A DNA stretch of 63,806 nt from Octopus bimaculoides (taxonomy: Eukaryota), in NCBI RefSeq assembly GCF_001194135.2, contig NC_068984.1, positions 64,472,588 through 64,536,393 of the forward strand, read 5' to 3'. Each line of letters starts with the position of its first letter. Within the stretch, counting starts at the first letter, position 1. Shown here piece after piece: positions 54,727 through 63,806 of the stretch. A program made the translations under genes and the position numbers. Below the pieces are notes generated by a model. The model was not told where the DNA came from and ran no database searches. It saw only the letters and a program-made list of their open reading frames with translations.

Positions 54727-55117
54727 GTGGAGGCACAATGGCCCAGTGGTTAGGGCAGCGGACTCGCGGTCATAGGATCGCGGTTTTGATTCCCAGACCG
54801 GGCGTTGTGAGTGTTTATTGTGCAAAAACACCTAAAGCTCCACGAGGCTCCGGCAGGGGATGGTGGCGAACCCTGCTGTACTCTTTCACCACAACTTTCT
54901 CTCACTCTTACTTCCTGTTTCTGTTGTGCCTGTAATTCAAAGGGTCAGCCTTGTCACACTGTGTCACGCTGAATATCCCCGAGAACTACGTTAAGGGTAC
55001 ACGTGTCTGTGGAGTGCTAAGCCATTTGCACGTTAATTTCATGAGCAGGCTGTTCCGTTGATCGGATCAACTGGAACCCTCAACGTCGTAAGCAACGGAG
55101 TGCCAACAAAACAAATA
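54727..55117 (+). mobile_element. tRNA-derived SINE, family C, full length with 11-bp TSD
   Basis: A-box-like TGGCCCAGTGG, B-box-like GGTTTTGATTCC; TSD TTACTCTAGTT at 54716-54726 and 55118-55128; tail CCAACAAAACAAATA; CpG-rich. Confidence 0.9.
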
Positions 55118-55536
55118 TTACTCTAGTTACCATATATTTGGTACCCTCTCTTGTGCTACTTATTAGATCACCTAGCATTCAGGAGCTATCAATTATTTCT
55201 AGGAAACCTGAAGATTTCAAATTATTTCATGAGTGCTTTGATAAACTAACTACTAAGCATCTGCACAAGAAATACCTTTTTCTCTGTCAACCTGATTGAA
55301 GGGTTAACGTCTTTTGTGCTCTCATACTTTGCATAATTTGGTACAGAGTTACTACCTGATTAGTATTCTGCATATTATGGTCACTGTCTTAATGGTAGTA
55401 AGATTCTGTCTTCTTCCCTTCTAAATGTTTTGCTATTGCCTGATTTAATTAAAAACACTTCAATTCTTTGCTTTGTTTCTATGCTCAAAATTCTTCTCAA
55501 ATTCTGTAACAGATTCAGCAATGAGAATTAAAACCA

Positions 55537-55790
55537 TCACTGTACAAGAGTGTCCACAGAAAGCCGTATTGTAATCTCACCTGTTATGGCTTGAATAACT
55601 ATGACAAAGAGGTGGAAGCTGAGAGTTAAATCCTGGTGGACATCTAGATGCATTCTAAATTCCTCAATGTTAACTCTTGCATTGCTAACAATGCCTTTTT
55701 GTCTGAGTTGCACATCTCTCAAAAGACATTTATCTACACCCGGTTTTCTTGGTAATCACTGCACTACAGGACAGAAAACCTTGTGAAAGA
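55537..55790 (-). mobile_element. LINE reverse-transcriptase relic (RTE-like)
   Basis: SNARVNIEEFRMHLDVHQDLTLSFHLFVIVIQAITGEI aligns by eye to the RT motif GVHQGSVLSPLLFIIV. Confidence 0.7.
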
Positions 55791-56301
55791 GCTTTTCCAA
55801 GCCAACAAATGCTAGATATAACAGTTTGCTCTTAGCTAAAAATTACTTTGATAACTGGCTCACTAAGAAAAGGAATTGATGATACATCATCCAGACACAA
55901 TGCATTTTGTTTAATTTGATTGCCTTTCAAATTAATTATGAAATAAACCTCTTTCACGCTTATAATTTGGTTCAACAGTTTCATATCTCCATAGCTGCTT
56001 CTTTCGAGATGCTTTCAGTCATTGAAGTAATATAAACATATTGGTGTTACATATGCACACGTGCGCACACATGTATACATAATACATTGCACTAAAATCA
56101 TTTCAACCATTGGTCATCTTTGAGTACCTGAAGATGATCAGTGGTATAATGTAATGCAAATTATTAAGTAAAAGAATATGGAACTCTACACCTGTATTTT
56201 GTAATGAGCACAAAGAGGGGAGTTCCATATTCACTAAGTATGAGCAAGGAGCCACTAAACACAACAGAATGAAAGGAGAAATAAATAACACTAATACTAC
56301 T

Positions 56302-56541
56302 TACATTATCTACATTTGACGGATATTTGCCCTCATCTTGTTTGCTGTTAACACAACGTTTTGGCTGATATACCCACCAGCCTTCATCAGGTATCTTGGG
56401 GAAATTTCAAATCTGGGTTCTCATTCCTAAGATATTTTTCGATGTTATTACTACTATTATTATTATTCAGGTCACTGCTTGGAATCAAACTTGGAATCTT
56501 AGCATTAGTAGCCTGAGCTCTTAACCACTATGCCATATACC
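56302..56541 (-). mobile_element. tRNA-headed SINE with hammerhead module (family D), left copy
   Basis: Reverse complement: GGTATATGGCATAGTGGTTAAGAGC (A box)...AAGTTTGATTCC (B box)...(AAT)n...GATACCTGATGAAGGCTGGTGGGTATATCAGCCAAAACGTTGTGTT. Confidence 0.8.
56350..56395 (-). ncRNA. Minimal type I hammerhead ribozyme motif (GAAA core mutated to AAAA)
   Basis: GAUAC-CUGAUGA-A-GGCUG/CAGCC stem II-AAAA-CG-UU-GUGUU. Confidence 0.55.
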
Positions 56542-56543
56542 TG

Positions 56544-56628
56544 TAGTGGTTAAGAGCGTGGGCTACTAATCCCAAGATTCAGAGTTCAATTCCAAGCAGT
56601 GATCTGAATAATAATAATAATAATAATG

Positions 56629-56674
<46 letters not shown>

Positions 56675-56809
56675 CAACATCGCAAAATGAGAACCCAGGT
56701 TCAAAATTTCTCCAAGACACCTGATGAAGGCTGGAGGGTATATCAGCTGAAATGTTGTTTTAACAACAAACAAGATGAGGACAAATATCCATCAAATGTA
56801 AATAATGTA
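56544..56809 (+). mobile_element. tRNA-headed SINE with hammerhead module (family D), right copy, 5'-clipped
   Basis: TAGTGGTTAAGAGCGTGGGCTACTAATCCCAAGATTCAGAGTTCAATTCC...(AAT)n...GACACCTGATGAAGGCTGGAGGGTATATCAGCTGAAATGTTG; inverted homolog of 56302-56530; may extend to about 56842. Confidence 0.8.
56716..56761 (+). ncRNA. Minimal type I hammerhead ribozyme motif
   Basis: Stem I GACAC/GUUUU, CUGAUGA at 56721-56727, an extra A, stem II GGCUG/CAGCU, GAAA at 56749-56752, loopless stem III and a GUU cleavage triplet. Confidence 0.6.
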
Positions 56810-57026
56810 CATAATTCCTCATCTCTTTAATATAGAACTGTACTAATACTACTATTAATAAATATACGTCAGCCACATTTTCGTTGAATGTATTAACTGC
56901 TATATGCTTTTAAATTTTCAAATAAAAATATAACTTCAGATTCCTCAAGAGGTAATTCATTCCATTATAAACATTATAACATAGAAGTTCTCAAAAATCA
57001 AAATTGTTTCAGTATATGATACTTAC

Positions 57027-57217
57027 TTCTGACAAATGCATAATCTGCCTGGAACCCCGTGACTGTGTGTGAATATGTTAGACTTCTAAACACAACTGTC
57101 ATTCTGTGTTCATTGGACATGTACATTGGTGGCAATTCTCTTCCACATTTTGTATCTAAATCTGTAGGCTCACCATTTATATATATTGTTATGGTAACTG
57201 AATCTGCTGCCTGGCAA
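57027..57217 (-). CDS. sol-1: SOL-1-like CUB protein, exon (second half of penultimate CUB domain)
   Basis: Acceptor ttttttatatttcAG, donor GTAAGT; 191 nt, phase 2 to 1. Reads CQAADSVTITIYINGEPTDLDTKCGRELPPMYMSNEHRMTVVFRSLTYSHTVTGFQADYAFVR, with CUB C..D...CG...P...S....F.S..GF.A.Y.F motifs. The sol-1 name rests on recalled family resemblance and needs a homology search. Confidence 0.92.
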
Positions 57218-57366
57218 CTGAAATATAAAAAAAAGAAGATATGATAACAAACCGCATATCTTATGTGTGTGAGCACACATGCGTGTGTATATATACACAC
57301 ACACACGTGTTTACATATGTTTGGATAGATGGATGCATGAATACATATATATATTGCACATATACA

Positions 57367-57405
<39 letters not shown>

Positions 57406-59301
57406 CACGCACACATGCGCACACACACATATATATATAAGGATATACTCATGTATATATAGATGCAACAATATATGTGCATATAACACTTTGCAAAATC
57501 GAACACCTGCACATCATTTCCTAGACAAAATATCTATAGTAGCTTATATTCTATACAATTTCATACCTCAAAGGGAAGAGAAGGAAATTTATTTGCTATA
57601 AAAAGTATACACTAAATAATTTTTTTTTTTTAATCTTGCAGTGTTAGATGCTGAGAAAATAGTTGTAAAGGATATAAAGTATAAAACATAATAGGTATCA
57701 ATAGTATGTACCAAACTTTAACGTTTACCAAAATGTCAGTTGTTCTGGAACTAGTGACAGGGTTGGTGGGCATTGCTGAATCACTAATAAAAATTTCATA
57801 CAATTTTCTACAGAAACGCCATGACTGTATTTTCATATTGATTTTTTTTTTCTAAAAAATATTTATTTCATACATACATGCATCTACACACACATGCACA
57901 CACACAAATATCCTGATACTAATATATTCAACGTTTTGTATTGTGAAAGTTATTTTCAATGAAAATTTTAAAAGGTGCACAGAAATGCTTTTATCAATTT
58001 GTTGTTGTTGTTGATATTTGCTTTTTTAAAAATCAATTCAATTGCTTTGCTACCTATGCATCTGTATGATGGCTCTAAATTGAATATTTACTGCATTAAT
58101 GGCATAACACAATACTTCAAATGTTTTCTAATAATAAATAGTTTTGTCTTATGCTTAAATACAGCTCAGTTATTTCATATTTGAATAAAAACAGCAAATG
58201 ACTGTGATGATAAATTACTAAAATTACATAGTGATTAGTTGTACATTTGTTTTAATGAGTGGGTGTGCATGTATACATGCACTTATTGTTGTTTAATTCC
58301 AGGTCAGCCCTCGGTATATCTATGATCAAAGAACACTCTAGCCATGGTTGTCCTATCTTTTATTCGGACATAATGTATCTAGGAATAAATTATCCTATGT
58401 CTTCCCTTTCAGAAGTCAGTTGCCTGTGATTTGAAAAGGGATATGGTTACTATTTGTAGCAGGTCAAGCAAAAATGTTAAGGTTTCTTTATTGAACCATA
58501 AAGTAATTAATTGTTTGTTCATAGTTGCTGGAGTACCTGTGTGTGTATGTAAGTGTTTAAGTGTGTGCGCACAGGTCCGTGTTTGCATATCTGTATACAT
58601 ATGTGTGTCTTCACACAGTCACATTCAAGTTTGTTTCTTCTTTCCTTTCACTCTCTTCTTTCCACTTTCTATAATAAAATGGTCTCAAATTCACCAAGGT
58701 CCCTGCTCTATTATGCATTTATTCTAAAAATATATTCCTTGCCATTTCTTATTGCTCCCTAAGGTAGTGAACTCAAATAACATTCATAATCTTTTCATTC
58801 AATAACAAATATCACTCTAGCACCCATTTCCCTGAACAATTAAAAAGAAATATTAACTGAGTTAATTTAATTTGGTATGGAGTAGGAAGACAATGAAGTG
58901 AAACTACAAATCATAAATTTAGAGCAGCATGCAATTCTTCATATCTGATTCTCTGTGGAACAAAAATATAATGCATGCTACTCAGAATTGTAATGTTATT
59001 ATAATGTGTAAACTCTTTCTTGAAATATCTTTATATTTATATCAGTAAAAAAAAAAAAGAATAAATAAGTAAAACCTGTTGAAATAACATTTAATTTTCA
59101 TAGTTCAAAATGTCACTCATAAAGCAAATTTGTAGGGGAAGATATCAAAGTATTACTGAAACATAATAACCTTCTTCAATAGATAAAAGGCAAAGACAAA
59201 ACTTCTACTAAAGAGCTAGGTTGACAGTGTCAAGAAAACCCTTTAATCCACTGCTATACCATTTCTGACAAAACACTCTCTAGTTTCTATTACATTTATG
59301 G

Positions 59302-59485
59302 TTTCTAATATTGGAACAAGGTCATAAATTTGGAGAGGAAGAAACGATCAATGAGAACAATACTAGTACCTGATTGGATATTATTTTATTGAATCCAGAA
59401 GGATGAAAAGCGAAACTGATTTAGGTGGAATTCAAATACAGAATGTAAGGGAAAGGTAATTAAACACCACAAAGCATTTTGATCA
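59302..59485 (-). mobile_element. SINE family A, degenerate
   Basis: TTATTTTATTGAATCCAGAAGGATGAAAAGCGAAACTGATTTAGGTGGAATTCAAATACAGAATG. Confidence 0.6.
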
Positions 59486-61413
59486 GTACTAATTCATTCC
59501 TACCATAGAGCTAAATTTCAGCTAAATAAATATAATAGTTCTATATCTTTTCTTTTATACTAGTAAATGTTGGTGAAGACAGACTTCTAAGGAGTTTATA
59601 GTTCACTTGATGTAGAAAAAAAGGTTGCAGAGAAGGGAGTGTCATATATTTCTTGTATTTATTTTGAAACACATCACACAGTTACCTTGTGTAAATTACT
59701 TTGTTTGTTAAACTGTTGCTCTTCCATGTTAAATATGCGAAACACCACTGATGCCTGGACACTTTTAGATTTATATGGAATATGCTTGACATTGAATTTT
59801 GAATCTTTTTGCACAAGAATTGAACACTGTTCTATATGTATTGATTAGTGATTATAATGGTATATTTCAATATATTTGCAAAATACAAAGGTGACTATGA
59901 TTAGTTCTGGAGACTATAGAGTGTTAGAAACATCCCTGCATATGATGATTTAAGTGAACCATTGTGGTGACCTCTGTGAAGTCACTTGAACTTCTATAAT
60001 TGACAACTAAATCTTCCTTTTAAGTACAACCTCAAGCTAATAACACATTTAATAATACAGTTCTGGATAAACAAAGCTTGAAAAAAGACAGACTAGCAAC
60101 TGCTTAGAATGCCTTTGACCCTTGGTCTGCTGGATCAGCATACAATTAATGTATACTAGCTATAGCACATAAGCTCTGATTAAATGGCAATAATAATTCA
60201 AGGAAGGAATACACCAGAGTAATATCCTGTTGCTTTGATCAAGGCTAACAATGAGAGCAACTAAAACATTTGTCAACTTCACAATACTGTTATTGCTGTA
60301 TATACTACACTGCATTATCTACTTATAGTTAGATGAAATCAACTATTGAAAGTTGAATCTCCCGATTGCAGACACATCAATGTATTAGTAACAGTATATG
60401 ACCTCCACACCATATATCTGACAGATAATCTAATGGAGTAAAATCTAGAATCTGTGAAAACTGGTGAGCATTGTCTAATAACCTATTACATGTGTCTGCT
60501 ATGTTCAGACCAAAATATAAAAATCTCTAAAATTTAAAATGTAATTGATAATCATAATGCAATTTGAAGAAACAGAGAAACTATGATAGATTAGGTCTAT
60601 TGTGAAATAGTCCCTCTCATGTTAACCTGTCTAAACATGCCTCTTCTTTCATTTCAGAGATCTTACAAAACATTAGCAGTAACATGCCATCCGTTGTAGC
60701 AACCTATTGGCTAGATTGCACTGATACAATAGGAATCATAAATTGAAACTGTTTGGATATAATGTAATTTTTCTTTCTATTAGTATATGTGTGGGTAGGG
60801 GCATATAGCAAACTTCTTATGTTCCAGAAAAGAAGATTAGCAAGTTATGACTCTTACAAAAGATAATTACTATTTGCCTATTTTGCTAAGCTTATTTACT
60901 TGAGGGCAAATAAGAGAAAGTGTTAGTTGTGGAAAAGACAGAACTCCTTGCTGTTGTTGTTGTTTTCCCAATAACTTATTGATCTTCCTATTAATGGCAA
61001 GTGCAAACATTGAATATAAATCAATCTAACCAACAAGCAACAAAAGATTTGGTTTTACACAGAAAATACAGCAAGAAAAAAAAGAAAAAAATTAGGCTTA
61101 ATTGATCGAAAGAGCACACAAATCAGATTCTTGGACACTTTGAAATAAATCTAAATTTAGAATGTAAAGATAAATAAACTCTTGTTATAAACAAGAAAAT
61201 TGGTAATTTAATTGATTACAATACTTTAGTCATATATATATATTTTTTTTTTTTTCTACTTTTGCTTTTAGTTTAAAATCTTAATTCAATAAAATGAGGT
61301 ATTTACTGAAGTCCATGATTCTCAAAAGCATTGCTAGTGAGAAACAAAAGAAAGATTAGGATCTGAAAGCAATCTTAAAACTGAATAGGTTTTAAATACA
61401 AAATTACCACGTA

Positions 61414-61524
<111 letters not shown>

Positions 61525-61997
61525 CGTGCATATATGCATATGCATGTGACATATTGAAAGCCAAAAAGGAATTGGAGTTATTAGAAAGAATTTTTGAGTG
61601 ACATTCAATAGTATTATTTCTAAGATTTCCCCCTTCAATCATGTTATAAAAACTTCATCATATATATATATATATATATAGATAGATAGATAGATAGATA
61701 GATGGATGGATGGATGCATGCATGCATTCTATGTAGGTTCACGGGAATTGGATTTAGATTTATAAGAAGTTGGTTACCTTCTTAAATACCATACTTGTAG
61801 TTTTCTCTTAATAAATAAATAAACAAACCAGCAAATGATTATAATAACCCCTACAAATGCTGTTGCTGTTCAGTAGAAGTCCAAGTTACATCATCAAAAT
61901 GAAAATGAAATAAATTAATAAACTTGAAAATTCTCTCATATTTGGAAGCACTTTTAGAATCATTTTCCTACTGACTAGAGTTGAATATATTACTCAT

Positions 61998-62400
61998 ATG
62001 GCTGAGGTGGTGAGGCAAGACCTTCGAACATTGGGCCTCACCGAGGCGATGACTACTGACCAAGACCTTTGGAAATGTGCTGTGCGTGAGAAGACCTGGC
62101 AAGCCAAGTGAGATCGTTGCCAGTGCCCCTGGACTGGCTCTTGTGCGGGTGGCACATAAGATNNNNNNNNNNNNNNNNNNNNNNNNNNNNNNNNNNNNNN
62201 NNNNNNNNNNNNNNNNNNNNNNNNNNNNNNNNNNNNNNNNNNNNNNNNNNNNNNNNNNNGGCATCCAGCTGTAGAAACTCTGCCAAATTAGATTGGAGCC
62301 TGGTGTTGCCATCCGGTTTCACCAGTCCTCAATCAAATCGTCCAACCCATGCTAGCATGGAAAGCGGACGTTAAACGATGATGATGATGATGATGATGAT
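61998..62400 (+). mobile_element. RTE-clade LINE, 5'-truncated 3' end with (GAT)n tail
   Basis: WAEVVRQDLRTLGLTEAMTTDQDLWKCAVREKTWQAK*, homologous to about 5115-5220; ends GCGGACGTTAAACGATGATGAT; possible TSD ATATGGC (61996-62002 / 62399-62405). Confidence 0.9.
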
Positions 62401-63806
62401 ATGGCAGTTTAACTTTTTTAACACTGAGTATTAGAATGAGTGTATGTGTCTGTGTGTGGGGGGGGTAATTGAAGGATGTAGGAATAAATATAAATCACAT
62501 TGATAGATAGAGCATTAGCATACAGAAAAGGATTCAAAGTTTGCAACTAGTGCTTTGCAGAAAAACCACATATTGTCAGCCATTTCAATTCAATCCTAAA
62601 GAAAAGACTTGCACTCACTGCAACTTATGGCCATTTACTAAAATTTTTGTTAACTGACTTCAAAGCAGACCCATTCCTGCTTGGATTACTGATGTTTAAA
62701 AATGGATACCATTAAAACATTAAAAATATAACCAGGTATATTGCCTTTCAGATGTTCAAACATGTTACACACCCAATCTTACAATCAACCTGAAAGTAGA
62801 ACCAACAGTTGATGCCTGTCAAAAACAGTGGACATCATTCATCACCAACATTACAAACTATGTGATTTACTCTTAAATGGAACTGCTTCCTAATAACTAA
62901 AACAAAAAAGATTATTGATCCCAACTACATGACCAGACCAATCAGCCAATTAAGTGATCAAGTTAACATTCAATTAAAAAGAATTCAATACCACATAAAC
63001 ACACTAAACAACCATTTCATTATCTCAGACTCACTGAATCTACTGAACAACAAAAGAAAAACACATAAACCTTTGGACTACCAACTCATAATTATGTATA
63101 AAATAAATGAATAATAATAATAAGTGAATATGAATGGAATCAATTATTCAGTTATGATATGTATGTTTCCATAGAATGGTTATTTGCTTACTAATGTTTT
63201 ACATAAGACAACAAAATAAGCAGATCACTTTATCAGACATCATTGCATAATTGATACACACATTGATCTGTGAGAAACTAAATTCCACATTCCGACTGCC
63301 TGAATCATAAAGACCTTTACAACTAAGACACACACATATATATACACTTAGTATAACNNNNNNNNNNNNNNCCCCCCCCCCCATCCACTACACACCATAC
63401 TTGAATCACTATGCAAAACTGCTATTGTCAGAAGACTTTCTTAATAATTTTGTTTGCAACTCTCAAAAACTACTCTACCCACTTTGGTTATCAGATAATT
63501 CTTGCCCACACAGGACATTGCCACTACTGCTGGGTATTTGCCATTGTACAGATTGTCTTCCTCATACCTAACTACTGAACCTCTCCTTCCCTCTAACCTT
63601 TACGTTATCTATGTCATCTCTATACCAGTTAGTCTCTATCCTTATGCATTCATGACTCTATATGGACAACTCCCTTGTTTACATCATAGCCTTTATTCCA
63701 ACAACTCTGTAGTAACAAGACTACAATTATGTCTGAATTAAAAATTCCATACTTTAAAGTTATACTATATGTTTTCCTGTTAATTCTTTCTTCCTAATAT
63801 ATATAT

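Noticed and set aside
54727-54800. tRNA gene calls for SINE heads (also 1503, 56470-56600, 132)
   Set aside because: A/B boxes are present, but there is no complete cloverleaf or T-run terminator, and each continues into a repeat body.

Overview
AT-rich, microsatellite- and SINE-laden animal genomic DNA with many N gaps. It is not prokaryotic, and most supplied ORFs are artefacts of (AT)n/(GT)n tracts and Ns. The repeat families look like those of octopus (inference from recall, not a search). One protein-coding gene is supported. Five minus-strand exons (57027-57217, 41089-41127, 35812-35983, 34527-34747, 31155-31279) have canonical GT-AG sites and compatible phases. They splice into a stop-free 248-aa C-terminal fragment with 1.5 CUB domains and a GPI-signal-like hydrophobic tail, resembling SOL-1 (suppressor of lurcher). 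The 5' part of the gene was not found in the window. Mobile DNA includes several tRNA-derived SINE families, RTE LINE relics, a full-length decayed DD37D (maT) Tc1/mariner element and a piggyBac-type MITE. The most unusual structure is at 56302-56809: two head-to-head copies of a tRNA-headed SINE, each carrying a minimal type I hammerhead ribozyme motif. Together they form a roughly 230-bp fold-back about 217 nt into an intron. A second highlight is a 79-nt intronic hairpin (45108-45186) with canonical Drosha/Dicer geometry on the host gene's sense strand. Repeat boundaries were read by eye and are approximate unless TSDs or TIRs are given.
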